DNA from: Sedimentisphaerales bacterium
GTDB lineage: Bacteria; Planctomycetota; Phycisphaerae; Sedimentisphaerales; SM23-30
Reading direction: 5' to 3'
DNA length: 64,000 bases
Assembly (NCBI GenBank): GCA_963663965.2
Contig: CAXXFK010000030.1
Location: 263,771-327,770 of the forward strand
Below the pieces are notes generated by a model. The model was given only the letters and a program-made list of their open reading frames with translations. It did not search any database and was not told the origin of the DNA. Below, one piece after another: positions 10,115-22,108 of this stretch (within the stretch, counting starts at the first letter, position 1; the number at the start of each line of letters is the position of its first letter). The translations under genes and the position numbers were made by a program.

Positions 10115-11140
10115 TTACTCTTTAGATGTCAAGGTTCGGATTGGATTTATAACGGGAAAATGGCTGGAAGCAATCGATTCAAAGTCGGGAGTGATAAAAA
10201 ACGCTTCCACATCCTGGATTTGTTCGCAAAGCGCCAGGCCGTCGTTCGGTCCCATAACGAAAAAGGCGGTTGCCAGGGCGTCAGCGGATTCTGCGTCCGG
10301 CCCAATCACGGTAACTGAAATGCAGCCCTCCACTGGCCGGCCCGTTCTGGGATCGATAATATGGTGATAGCGTTTTCCATCGATCTCGACCATTTTCTCA
10401 TAATCACCTGAGGTGACAATGGCTTCGTTTGTGACGGCAACCGTGCCCAGCGGTTTGCCTCTGGCGTCACGGGGATTATTAATGCTGATCCGCCAGGGAT
10501 CGCAGCCATCAGGAGTGCTGGCCAGCAGGTCACCGCCGGCGTTGATCAGAAAATAATCAAAACCTTCCCTGCGAAGGGTTGCCGCCGCGGCATCGACGAT
10601 TGTGCCTTTGGCAATGCCACCCAGATCAATCCGCATGCCTTTTTCTTGCAGGTATGCCGTGTTTTCGGAATGGTTTAATTTAAGTTTTTTATAGTCAACC
10701 AAGGGCAGGGCCTGGTCGATTTGTTCATCGGTAGGGATTACCGGTAATACCGGTCGTAACTCGTAAAGTTTTCCAACGGCCGAGAAAGTAATGTCAAAGG
10801 CGCCGTGCGACATGTCCGCTATCTCTTGCGATTTTTGCAGGATCGACATCAATTCAGGCCCGATTTTAACCGGTGCGATACCCGCCTGACGATTCACCAG
10901 GCTGGTCTGGCTTTCCGGAACCCAGGAACTGATGGTTGAAATGCTTTTCTCCATGGTTGCCACGGCATGTTCCATTGCTGTATACGCGTTGGGTTGGCGA
11001 GATGCATCGCATTTGACTTTGATGGAAACATCCGTTCCCATCATACCGCCGTGGAATTCACAGACAATCAATTCCTGCGCAGTATCGTGCTGTGCATTAC
11101 ATCCCAGAAAAAAAATGAAAGGTACAATCAGATATCTCAT
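10115..11140 (-). CDS. apbE: FAD:protein FMN transferase (ApbE), lipoprotein
   Basis: MMGT, GAFDIT, DLGGIAKG, INAGGD, TSGDYE, HHIIDPRTG, ADALATA; lipobox FLGC after the ATG at 11140. Confidence 0.96.
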   Translation of the reverse strand: MRYLIVPFIFFLGCNAQHDTAQELIVCEFHGGMMGTDVSIKVKCDASRQPNAYTAMEHAVATMEKSISTISSWVPESQTSLVNRQAGIAPVKIGPELMSILQKSQEIADMSHGAFDITFSAVGKLYELRPVLPVIPTDEQIDQALPLVDYKKLKLNHSENTAYLQEKGMRIDLGGIAKGTIVDAAAATLRREGFDYFLINAGGDLLASTPDGCDPWRISINNPRDARGKPLGTVAVTNEAIVTSGDYEKMVEIDGKRYHHIIDPRTGRPVEGCISVTVIGPDAESADALATAFFVMGPNDGLALCEQIQDVEAFFITPDFESIASSHFPVINPIRTLTSKE

Positions 11141-11480
11141 GCGAGTTTTGCCTTTTTTCCGCATGATCCAAGTTTTCAGTTTTTCCTCATTCGCGTTTTG
11201 AACATGACCCAGATATGAGGTCACTGGATACATTTTACCTCATGGTTTGAATAATAACAAATGTAAAAAAATAAAATTTATATTGAATCACTAATAGATC
11301 ATAATAAAGTAGCGGGTGTATTGTTGTAAGATATTGCAATTCAAGACATTATATTTCTTAAGGCCTTCGCCGTTTTTATGGAATTCCAAATAATATTAAT
11401 ATATGTATATATTGTGGGGTGTTATTAGTAAGTATGTTTTCTTTTAACGAGAACCGACATGTTTGTGTTGTGACGACTTG

Positions 11481-11496
11481 TTCTCAATATTGAGAA
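11481..11496. promoter_or_regulatory. Perfect 16-bp palindrome, candidate operator
   Basis: TTCTCAATATTGAGAA in the AT-rich divergent spacer between apbE and tRNA-Gly. Confidence 0.35.
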
Positions 11497-11764
11497 TTTT
11501 ATTTCCCGGGAATAATTTACATTTATGGCACTATTTGAAATGGGTACTTCTTAGGCCTGCCATATTATGGTAAGGGCGATATTTTAATAACATCCTGCCT
11601 GAATAGCGGTTATGATTAGAAAATCCGACGGGAAAGACCCCAGGCAGGCTATCGGGTTCTGAATGTGAGGTTTCTATATTCACTAAACGGTTTTGTAACA
11701 TTTTTTCAAAAAAAGGATTGAAATATACCAAAAGGGGATTATCATAGTCAACCTGACATCCATT

Positions 11765-11836
11765 GCGGGTGTAGCTCAGTGGTAGAGCGTCACGTTGCCA
11801 ACGTGAATGTCGTGAGTTCGAGCCTCATCACCCGCT
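11765..11836 (+). tRNA. tRNA-Gly(GCC)
   Basis: Acceptor GCGGGTG/CACCCGC, D-arm GCTCAGTGGTAGAGC, anticodon arm TCACG-TTGCCAA-CGTGA, GTTCGAG T-loop; CCA not encoded. Confidence 0.96.
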
Positions 11837-12041
11837 TTTTTTGTTTATTGCGACAACGAGTTATCGGGCATGAAGTCCTGGCGTTGGTCGGAGTCGCGTC
11901 ATAACGAAGCCAGAAATGATTTCTTTTAAGGCCATAACTGTTTCGATGCGATGTAAATCGGATTTCAGCCTTTTTTTGTGCCGATGGTTTTAGCCTTCAG
12001 GAAACAGTACTTGATACGGTACCAATCTAGGAACTTAATGA

Positions 12042-13600
12042 ATGGCTAACTGAAGAGCTCCCAGATGATCAGAAAGAACTGGAAGCAGTAAGATCAGGAC
12101 GAGACTGAAAATCTGGAATGAAACCAAAATGCAGCTTGAGGTTAATTATCGAAGACAGCGGCGTCATGGAAGAAGAAAGGTCTCGATTGACCATACCGCG
12201 TGCGGAAATTGATAAACAGCTTGACGAGCAGTACCAGGAACTGCGGAATTCAGCGGTATTACCGGGTTTCCGGTAAGGGCCGAGCGCTCCGCGTCGACTG
12301 ATGGAAAAGCGTTTTGGTGAAGATGATCTCTGACCAGATCGAAGCTGCGTCTTTTGGCTAAAGGCTTTTGAGCAAATCGAAGAAGAGCAGGATTTTGAAA
12401 TACTGGGCGAGCCGCAACTTGAAACCTGGAAGACATTGAACTGCCGGCATGAGGGCGATTTCAAATTTGAGTATGAAATTGAAGTCAAACCGGAATTTGA
12501 ACTGCCCGCGAACTGGAAGGTATCGAGGTTGCCAAGCAGGTTGTCGATATTGACCGAAAAGCGGGTAACTGACGAAATCGTTGCAGATTTGCCGTCAACG
12601 CCACGGCAAGTCATGGAGGATGTTGACAAGACCGCTGAAAGAAAACGACATGGTGCTGACCGCAAAGCGTCACCCTGAAGGTTGAAGGGCGTTGAGGAAG
12701 AGCCGGAAGTTCGCTGGACGATGTATCCCATGCTGGGTCTGCCCCTGCGGGATTCGCCCTGATGGGCATCGAGTGGTCCGAGCTGGAAGAACAGGTCTGG
12801 TGGGCGTTAAGGTTGGCGATGTGGTCAAGACCTGTAAATCGACAGTGCCCTGACACTCATTCCACGTTGAAGATTACCGTGGGCAAGCAAGGCCGAGTTT
12901 TGACAATGGAAGTCAAGGCTGTCCGTCGTTTGAAACCGGCAGAACTGAATGACGATTTATTCGGTCAGAAGCTCGGGCGTTTCGAAACAGAGGCGGAGCT
13001 GCGTGAGCGTATCGAAGAAATGCTGGAAAGACAGGCTCTGATCAAGGAAGCCCGTCAGTCGAAATGGCCCAACAGATTCGCGATTATCTTGAACTCCAAG
13101 CATTGACTTTGAACTTCCAGCGAAGGCGTGGCGGCTCGTCATTGCAACCAGCGTGCTGGTCCTGACGGCAGCAGTATTATCAACTGGTGCAGCCGGGGCG
13201 TGCCGGTGGAGAAACATGTCGAAGAGAATATCGAAGAACATGCGGTTCCGTACTTCCATGCAGTGAAGCGAAAATCGGCTGCTCAACTGAAATCGAGCTT
13301 TCATTCATGGAAGCGGTCATGCGAGAAACTGGCAATTGATCAGTTTCCGAGAGGTGAAGTCAACGCTTTTATCGCCCAAATCGCTGGCATTCAGTTCAGG
13401 CGCGTCGTCCCGAAAAAATGCGTGTTCGAACTCTATGAGGATGGCCCATGAGCGGTCGCGATAAACGACCAGCTGGCCCGAGCAGAAATTCGTGACGAAA
13501 AGGCTGCTCGATAATGGCCGATGTCTGGAGATGTCCAAGGTGGTAGATAAGCCCCGATCGGAGGCTAACTGTTTGCTGGAGATACCGGCATAGTACCGGG
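12042..13600 (+). pseudogene. tig: Trigger factor, broken by many frameshifts (probably sequencing errors; 3' end approximate)
   Basis: Pieces read IPRAEIDKQLDEQYQELRNSAVLPGFR..APRRLMEKRFG, FKFEYEIEVKPEFELP, EVKAVRRLKPAELND; conventional position before clpP. Confidence 0.85.
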
Positions 13601-13868
13601 CTCCGATAACCCGGTAAGACCAGACGAAGAAATAAGATCCAGGTTCCTGACAATTTTACTTACCAATCGCAAGCCGCCTGAAAAAGTCCGATAAATGAGA
13701 TATAGGACAGGGGCTTAGACAGGCCGATAGAATGTACATGGACCAGGATTTTGGGGGTTGGGCCTGACAATCCCGACCTCTATGTCCTGCCCGACGCTTG
13801 AAACGGATGGCTAATCGGATTAAATGGCCAGAATGCCGTTATTAATAGCTGTAAAGGACTACCAATCA

Positions 13869-14531
13869 ATGATAATTCATCGTCCCGAAATGATCCGCCC
13901 GGACCAGATCCTGGCTCAGATGAGCGGTGGAATGAGCAATTATCAACGTACACGTGAGATGGGTCTCAACGAGATGCTGTTGGAAAACCGCTGCGTTTTC
14001 CTGGATATGCCGCTGGACCCTTCCTTATATCACCAGTCACGGCACAATATGCCTCGGTAATTGATTAAGTCGCTGCTTTATCTGGACAATCTCAAGCGTG
14101 GCAGCGATATCCACTTATACATCAACTGTCCCGGCGGCAGTGTCCAGGATACCATGGCGATTTATGATACCATGCAGTTCATCAACTCCGATGTCTGCAC
14201 CTATTGTATCGGCCATGCCGCCAGCGGCGGGGCGGTTATTCTCGCGGCCGGCACTAAAGGCAAACGTTTTGCCCTGCCCCATTCCAAAGTCATGCTCCAC
14301 CAACCCTGGGGCGGGGTGACCGGACAGGCTTCCGATATTGAAATCCAGGCGGAAGAAATTATTAAGACCCGTAAAATCATTAATGAAATTTTGTCCCATC
14401 ATACCGGCCAGCCGGTAGAAAAAATCGAGCAGGAAACCGAACGGGATCGCTATATGAGCGCTCAGGAAGCCCTGGCATATGGCCTGGTCGATGAAGTGTT
14501 GACGCTGGATGATAAAAAGGACAAAAAATAA
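13869..14531 (+). CDS. clpP: Clp protease proteolytic subunit (first copy), in-frame TAA at 14058-14060
   Basis: [27 protein letters not shown] (Ser), MLHQP (His), ERD (Asp); ORFs 13824-14060 and 14061-14531 are in the same frame. Confidence 0.9.
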
Positions 14532-14610
14532 CCGCTTGCCTGGAAATGAAGCAAGTTGTTGCGAACTTATAGACTATATCCATATTAATCAGATGAATTG
14601 TGAGGCAGTC

Positions 14611-15228
14611 ATGTCCAATCTTGTACCAATAGTAATCGAAACGACCGGCCGGGGTGAACGCGCCTATGATATCTATTCGCGGTTGCTGCGTGACCGGATT
14701 ATCTTTTTGGGCGGCCCTGTGACCGATGATGTGGCCAACCTGATCGTTGCCCAGATGCTCTTCCTCAGTAATGAAGACAGCAAAAGCGATATCCATTTTT
14801 ATATCAACTCACCGGGTGGCTCCGTCACGGCAGGTATGGCCATTTATGATACCATGCAGTTCCTGCGTTGCCATGTCAGCACCTACTGTGTCGGTCTTGC
14901 CGCCAGTATGGGTGCGGTCCTGATGCTGGCCGGTTCCGCGGGTAAACGCTTTATCCTGCCCAATTCCAGTGTGATGATCCATCAACCGCTGATTCGCGGC
15001 AGCATTACTGGGCCCGCCACCGATCTCAAGATCGAGGCCGAAGAAATGATCCGGGTTCGTAATAACCTGTATCGGATAATTTCCCAGCATACTGGGAAAG
15101 ACGTACCGACCGTAACTAAAGATTGTGACCGTAATTACTGGATGACAGCCCAGCAGACGGTCGAATACGGTATTGCCGATAAGATTCTCGAAAAAATGCC
15201 GGAATTTGCCAAGGATCAGGAAGCCTGA
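14611..15228 (+). CDS. clpP: Clp protease proteolytic subunit (second copy)
   Basis: [48 protein letters not shown]. Confidence 0.95.
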   Translation: MSNLVPIVIETTGRGERAYDIYSRLLRDRIIFLGGPVTDDVANLIVAQMLFLSNEDSKSDIHFYINSPGGSVTAGMAIYDTMQFLRCHVSTYCVGLAASMGAVLMLAGSAGKRFILPNSSVMIHQPLIRGSITGPATDLKIEAEEMIRVRNNLYRIISQHTGKDVPTVTKDCDRNYWMTAQQTVEYGIADKILEKMPEFAKDQEA

Positions 15229-15408
15229 TAAAAAACCAGTTGCGACTCCCGGCCCTATCGACGATAATACAAGCTCAGACAGCGATCATGCCTGTCTGAG
15301 CTTTTTTCATTACGAATCCGCCAACCGGCCTCCCGATGCTGAGAGTATCCCAAACCCGATTGTCGGGGACATGGGGAGCCAATTAACTACAATCGAGCTG
15401 GCATTGTC

Positions 15409-16008
15409 ATGAAAACCAACCGAATCAAGCCGCTGTATGTTCTCTTGCTTCTGGCCTTTATTATGGGTTGTTCCTCTCCCAATTCGGAATTTATTCCACA
15501 GCAACCGGATCCTAATCAGATCCAGATTCAACAACTTACTGAGCAGTTGAATACCTGTCAGCGGGAAAACAGTCGGCTCAATGACCGGCTTGAAGCCTCG
15601 ACCATGGCCAATCATCCGCTGGATGAATGGGTTCATATCACCGATATCGCCTTTGGTCAATATACCCGGGGACTGGATGAAAACAAGGATGGCATCGATG
15701 AAGGGGTTCGGATTTATCTGGTGGTTCGTGACCAGGATGGCGATCGGATCAAGTTTTCCGGTTCATTGGATATTGAACTTTGGAACCTGGCTACAGATCC
15801 ACCGACCGCAATCTTGAAACGGTCCTTTGAGCCCGCCCAGTTGCGTCAACATTGGATGGGGGGGCTGCTGGCGGATCACTACCTCATTGACCTGCCCTGG
15901 GACAAAGAACCGACGGATGTCGATATCCTGACGGTCAAATGCCGGCTCCACGAATTTCTGACAGCCAAAACGCACGAGATTCAAAGGGCGATAGAAATCA
16001 ACCAGTAA
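15409..16008 (+). CDS. Hypothetical lipoprotein
   Basis: Lipobox IMGC, short coiled coil, then a beta-rich domain. Confidence 0.7.
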   Translation: MKTNRIKPLYVLLLLAFIMGCSSPNSEFIPQQPDPNQIQIQQLTEQLNTCQRENSRLNDRLEASTMANHPLDEWVHITDIAFGQYTRGLDENKDGIDEGVRIYLVVRDQDGDRIKFSGSLDIELWNLATDPPTAILKRSFEPAQLRQHWMGGLLADHYLIDLPWDKEPTDVDILTVKCRLHEFLTAKTHEIQRAIEINQ

Positions 16009-16050
16009 GCGGTTGTGATCTGCTTCGGGATAAAGACTGGATATAAACGA

Positions 16051-16962
16051 TCATTTTCCAATTGCCTGCCGGACAAAACCATTATTGGCTTCCAGTCGCT
16101 GTTTTGCCTGAACTTTATCCACCCCGGCCAACTCCATGACAATAGCCGTTTTAACATGGCCATCGGCCGCTTGCAGCAGTGTTGCCGCCTGGTCATAGTC
16201 CACTCCGGTAACCATCATCACCACCCGCTTGGATCGCTCCTCCAGTTTTCGCGAGGTCATCATCAGGTCTACCATCATATTGCCGTAAACTTTACCCAGC
16301 CGGGTCATGGCTGTGGTCGTGAGCATGTTCAAAATTAACTTGGTGGCCGTGCCGGCCTTCATCCGGGTGGAGCCCATCAGAATTTCCGGACCGACAACGG
16401 CACAGATCGCGACATCTACTTCGATCGTGACATTCTCGCGCGGATTGCAGGTGACATAAATGGTTTTCGCGCCAATTTCCCGCGCTTTGGCAATCGCGCC
16501 CAACACATAGGGGGTTCGAAAACTGGCTGCGATCCCGCAAACAATGTCATTCTTCGTTAGACCGCGAGACATCAATTCAGCGGCTCCGGTATCAACCTGG
16601 TCTTCCGAGCCTTCCTGGGCGCGGGTCAACGCCTTTTCGCCCCCGGCGATAATACCCTGGACCATCTGTGGATCGGTGCCAAAGGTGGGGGGGCATTCCG
16701 ACGCATCCAGCACGCCCAACCGGCCACTGGTGCCGGCTCCAATATAAAAAAGCCGACCGCCTTGCTTGAATGATTCGACCATCAAGTCGACTGCCTGGGT
16801 GATATAGGGAATCTGACCCTTGACCACCTCGGGGATCAGATGATCCTGCTGATTGATAATGTGCAGGATTTCTTCGGTACTCTTGTCATCAATATTTTCC
16901 GATGCCGGATTTCTGGCTTCGGTAACCAGATTCAGTAATTCATTATAGACTGGGTCATTCAT
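16051..16962 (-). CDS. murQ: N-acetylmuramic acid 6-phosphate etherase
   Basis: TEARNP, GAGTSGRLGVLDASECPPTFG, VGPE..GSTRMKAGTATK, GKVYGNMMVD. Confidence 0.96.
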   Translation of the reverse strand: MNDPVYNELLNLVTEARNPASENIDDKSTEEILHIINQQDHLIPEVVKGQIPYITQAVDLMVESFKQGGRLFYIGAGTSGRLGVLDASECPPTFGTDPQMVQGIIAGGEKALTRAQEGSEDQVDTGAAELMSRGLTKNDIVCGIAASFRTPYVLGAIAKAREIGAKTIYVTCNPRENVTIEVDVAICAVVGPEILMGSTRMKAGTATKLILNMLTTTAMTRLGKVYGNMMVDLMMTSRKLEERSKRVVMMVTGVDYDQAATLLQAADGHVKTAIVMELAGVDKVQAKQRLEANNGFVRQAIGK

Positions 16963-18474
16963 CTTTCGTTTCCTGTCTGTGCGTGGATGTTTTTCAATAG
17001 CCTGCTGCTCAGGATGCCAACAATCACAGTTGTTATACTGCCGGCCAGGGTATACAGCGGCCAGGCCAGTTCAACGGTCTGAATCAAAATAGTCATGGTG
17101 ATCAGCGCCACGAAAAATCCGATCATGGCATCCCGCTGGTTCGCTTTGCGGCAGGTTAGCCCCAACAGAAAAGTGCCCAGCAAACCGCCATAAGTATAAG
17201 AGGCGATCCCCAAAGCCATTTCAACGACGGTTCCCTTCATATCAATAAAACACGATGGCGGTGCTCATCAGCAGAACCGCCCAGACCAGCGTGGCGATAC
17301 GTGAGATTTTCAGCAATTGCGATTGAGTTTTATCCTTGCCAAACAGCGGTACGTAAATATCCAGTACGGTTGAACTGGACAGACTGGACAGGCTCCCGGC
17401 CAGGGTGCTCATGGCCGCGGCAAACAGCGCCGCGACGATCAAGCCGCTGATACCGGTGGGCATCACTTCGACTATAAATTGGGAAAGATACCATCCGCGC
17501 GCGTCAGGCCCAATTCTTCAAGCGTCTGGCCCCGGTAGTAGGTGTACAGCAGTAATCCAAGTCCCAGAAACAGCAGAAACTGGAACAGGACAAAAAACCC
17601 GGTCCAGGCAATCGCCTTCTGGCTGGCGCGTAAATTGCCGCAGGTGAGCACCCGCTGTACGATCAGCTGATCGGTGCCATGCGATGCCAGGCTGAAAACC
17701 GCGCCGCCAAAAACCGCGGTGAAAAAGGTGTAGGGTTGTTTGAAAAACTCCGCCACGGTCAGGTCGGTCCCCAGACGAAACCATTGGGCCTTACCTTCGC
17801 TCACCACCGCCAGGTCCATCACATCCTGAAACCCATGGGGCAGTTTGGACAGAATAATCGCGCCGGCCAGAATGGCCCCGCCGATATAAACCGACCATTG
17901 GATCATATCCACCCAGATCACCGACTTGATCCCGCCAAACGAGGTATAAAAAACTGTAATAATCCCGATGACAATAATCGACATCAGGTAAAATTGCTTG
18001 TCACTTAATTCGCTGAAAAAACCGCTGCCCTTGATAATAATCGCCAGCGGAATGGCCGTGGCGAACAATCGCACGCCATCGGCCAGCAACCGGGTCGCCA
18101 TAAAGGTCAGGCTTGCGACATGACGCATCCGCTGCCGAACCGGTGACCCAGGAACTGATAGGCGGTTTCAATCGAGCCGCGATAATAGGCCGGTATCAAT
18201 ATCAGCGCCACGGCGATCCGGCCGATGGCATATCCCAGCACAATCTGGATAAACGTCAGATTGCCCTGGTAGGAAATCCCCGGAATACTGATAAAGGTCA
18301 GGACGCTGGTTTCAGTAGCGACGATACTGAGTGTCACTGCCAGCCAGGGGATATGCCGGCCCCCCAGGAAGTAGTCGGTGGTGCTGGTCTGCTTGCGCCC
18401 GATCCAGAACCCCAGCGCCGTGGTCCGGCCATATAGGCGATTACAATAATGATATCGATCAGGGAGAATGTCAT
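16959..18474 (-). CDS. Sodium:solute symporter (SSS) family transporter, frameshifted
   Basis: Fragments DYFLGGR, SIVATETS.LTFISIPG, GGIKSVIWVD, HGTDQLIVQR, AAMSTL spread over several frames. Confidence 0.88.
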
Positions 18475-18477
18475 CGT

Positions 18478-19442
18478 TTATCCAATCTCCAGTGTCTTGA
18501 GTACGGTTAATGCTTCTGACGAAAAAATATAGCCATCCCGTGTTGCCGCGTCCACCATGGCCGCCACAGCCGGGGCATATTGCCGCGCGACGTATTCCAC
18601 GAATTTCCCCGTGGTTATCATGTTCTGTTTAAACGTACGGCAGGTCATCGAACCTTCCGCCAGCACCCCTCCGGCAACGCCAGCAAAAGCGGCTGTTTGG
18701 CTGTGTCCGGCAGATAGCCGGTTGCCTGATCGACTAGGGCAATCAGGGCGCGGGCCGCCGCTTCAATCACTGCCAGCGCATCCGGATCGCCTTCGGCCGC
18801 CAGTGTATCTACCCGTTGGGCACAGGAGGCGACATACCGTTGCGGACGATCAGCGGCATAAGTCCCGCTGATGAGTTCGCGAGGTGTGTGTGCATTCATA
18901 AAAATTGAGCAATGCCTGAGTGAGTTTTGAAAACCTGCTATTATGCTCAGCGTCGGTTAATGCGAAGCAAATGGCCCGTTTGCCGATATGAAAGCCGCTG
19001 CCTTTATCACCCAGCAGATAACCCCATCCGCCAATCTGACGATAAGAAGCCATCCGAATCTTTCACCAGGCCAACCGAACCGGTTCCGGAGGCCACCAGA
19101 ACACCGGATCGTTCTGCAAAAAATGAATCATACAGAATCTCCGCGTCGGTCATCACCCGAAACTGCTGGAATCCCAGTTCACTGATCACCGATTGGACCA
19201 TTTCCCGTTCGGCAATCCTGCCGGCTCCGGCAAAAGCAAAGGTCGCCCTGGTCGCTTCTGAGATGGATATATCCATCAACAGCTGTTCGGCCAGTGATTT
19301 TAACAGCGTTCGACACCCATCCGGCCCCAGCACACAGAGATTGCTGCTTCCCAGGCAGACCGTACGCGTCTTGCCGCTGTCAGAATCGAACAGCACGGCC
19401 GCTGTTTTTTGTGCCGCCACCATCTACGCCCAGGTAATACAA
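18478..19442 (-). CDS. BadF/BadG/BcrA/BcrD-family sugar kinase (GlcNAc/MurNAc kinase-like), frameshifted
   Basis: TTG start after AAGGAG reading YYLGVDGGGTK; VASGTGS and GGWGYLLGDKGSG in different frames. Confidence 0.8.
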
Positions 19443-19582
19443 GGAAACTCCTTAATTAACAATGTATCGTTGCCAGAAGCCAGAAATCCTATGTTACACC
19501 CGATTAACAAATAATGCTATGTAAAATTTTGTCTTCAGGTTGCATATTAGCTTTCAAATTCGAAGAATATAAAAGTAAATTT

Positions 19583-20786
19583 TCAAACGGAACTTGCCCC
19601 GGGAATAATCTTGCCTAAAATCGCGCCGTGTCGCGCGCCCGTGGCCGTGGGCGCGTTATTGGCGATCCCATTCATCGTCGCCCAGGCCAGCATGGCGAAA
19701 GAAACCGCCTCTTTCGCGTCGCTGTCGATCCCAAAATCGCCGGTCGTCATCCAGGCTGTTTCCGGCAGGCGCTCCCGCAGCATTTGGACCAGGGCCGGAT
19801 TGCGAGCGCCGCCCCCACAGAGGATGACCTGATCCGGAACTTCAGGCAGGAATTTACGATAAGCATCGCAAATCGTATGGGCGGTCAGCGCGGTGGCGGT
19901 GGCGATGATATCGTCCGGCTTTAATCCCATGCGTATGCCCTTGTCGTAAAACGGTTGGCTATAAGCCAGTCCAAACATTTCCCGACCGGTGGTTTTGGGT
20001 GGCGCCTGCCGGTAATATTGATGCTTTAAGCTATCTTTCAGCAATTGGTCACTGACCTGCCCGCGCCGCGCCATGGCGCCGTTTCGGTCAAACGTTTTTC
20101 TGCCCTGGGTTGCCAGTGTCACTACCGCATCCATAATCATATTGCCCGGCCCGCTGTCCGAACGCAAGTAAATCATCGATCGCGCCACCCGCCGGCAGGT
20201 AGGTCAGATTGGCAATTCCGCCAATATTCTGAACCGCCCGGCTATACCTGGGATGGCTGAACAGCAGATGGTCGGTAAATGGCACCAGGGGCGCGCCCTG
20301 ACCGCCACAGGCAATGTCACGCGGCCGCGTAATCCGCCACGGTGGTGATCCCGGTCATCTCGGCAATCACACACGGCTCGCCGATCCTGGAGGGTTGACC
20401 GGATGGAGTCCGTTCCAAATTTCCGGCCCGATGGAATATGATAGATGGTCTGGCCATGCGATCCGATCAGGTCAATCGAATTCAAGGTAATCGTATGTTT
20501 TTTGCATATGTCGATGAGCGCCGTTGCGAAGAGCCGGCCCAGTAAAAAATTGTAATGACATATCGCAATCGACCGTTGCCGTCTCCGGATTGCATAGACC
20601 CCCAATAAGGCCCTGCGGATCGCGGCCGGATATCTGACCATGTCATAGGCAACCACCTGCCGTTGTTTCGCATCGATATCGACAATCGCCACATCGATGC
20701 CATCGGCGCTGGTGCCCGACATCAATCCGGCCACCCGCCATGACTTGCGCCTGGTAACTCGTTTGAACCGGTTTCGCTTTGGCCAT
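19583..20786 (-). CDS. anmK: Anhydro-N-acetylmuramic acid kinase, frameshifted
   Basis: [55 protein letters not shown]. Confidence 0.92.
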
Positions 20787-20966
20787 GTGTAATTCCTGTG
20801 CTAATGGGCGTTTATCGCATCTTAATCAGAATAACATACCTGTTCGGCAGCTGACCCAGTATAATAGGTATCAACGAACCATTCAATAAAACAACCGCAA
20901 TAATTCTGTCTCGAGTTCGTTACTGCCGTATTGGACACCCTGTAAAATAAGGAAGATAAGGTCATT

Positions 20967-22108
20967 ATGAATATTGCCGCTAAAATATTAATTGTGTGTT
21001 TTTCGATGAGCGTATTATTTCCCGGTGGAATGGTCGCGGCCGCCTCCGATCCCAACGAAATCGAAACTGTGGTATTGGACACTATCCAAAATGGGATTAT
21101 CCCCGGTGCGGTGGTCATCATCGGCAATCATGAACGGGTTCTGTATCATCGCGCCTTTGGCCATCGCAGTATCCAGCCGGAACAAACACCCATGACCACC
21201 GACGCGATCTTCGATGTCGCCTCGCTCTCCAAGGCGGTTTCGACCGCGCCATGTATTCAGCTGCTGATCGATCGGGGCCTACTTACCCTGGATACCAAAG
21301 TCAGCGCCATCATTCCGCCATTCGCCGCTGAAAATAAACAGGATGTCCGGATCGTGCATCTGCTCACCCACACCTCCGGCCTGCCCGCCTATACCGGCGC
21401 CGACGCCTTGAAGAAAAAGTATGGTTCACCCTGCAAGGATCAGGTGCTGGAACATATCTATGCCCTCAAACCCCAGGCAGGTCCCGGCGAAGCCTTTCGC
21501 TACAGTTGCCTCGGTTATATTGTTCTGGGTCGTATTGTTGAGCTGGTTTCCGGTCAACCCTTTGACGAATTTGCCCGTGACCATCTCTTTAAACCTTTGC
21601 GGATGACCGATACCGGTTATAATCCATCCGGCACGCTCCAAAACCGCCTGGTCCCCACGACGGTCGTCGACGGCCATTGCCTGCTCGGCCAGGTCCATGA
21701 CCCGCTGGCCGCCCTGATGGGTGGTGTCTCCGGTAATGCCGGTATCTTTTCCACAACTGCCGATCTGGCCCGCTACGCCACCATGCTGCTCAATCATGGC
21801 CGCGCAGGTGATCACCAGATCCTCAGCGAAACGGCCATGGCAGCCTTGACACAAACCAGAATATTCGGCCGGGCCTGCGGCTTCGATGTCTCCAGCGCCT
21901 ACGCCAATATCAAAGGCGCCCGCTTCAGCCCACAGGCCTTCTGCCACAGCGGCGCTACACCGGCACCTCCATCGTCATCGATCCCCAAAACGATCTCTAC
22001 CTGATCATCCTCACCAACCGGGTTCATCCCACCGACAAAGGCTCGGTCAAATCACTGCGAGTCCAATTGGCCGATATTGCCGTTGATTGTTTTAACAAAG
22101 TTTTTTAG
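20967..22108 (+). CDS. Secreted serine hydrolase, beta-lactamase/AmiE-like family; frameshift near 21950
   Basis: FDVASLSK (SxxK), LLTHTSGL, YSCLGY, VHDP..GNAGIFST; C-terminus YTGTSIVIDP..LTNRVHP continues in another frame to the TAG at 22108. Confidence 0.85.

Noticed and set aside
11765..11836. tRNA-Gly as an integration site
   Set aside because: No adjacent integrase and no duplicated tRNA 3' end noticed; it is followed by tig-clpP.
14058..14060. Stop-codon readthrough or alternative genetic code in clpP
   Set aside because: TAA ends many genes here and the site lies in an indel-rich segment; error is the simpler explanation.
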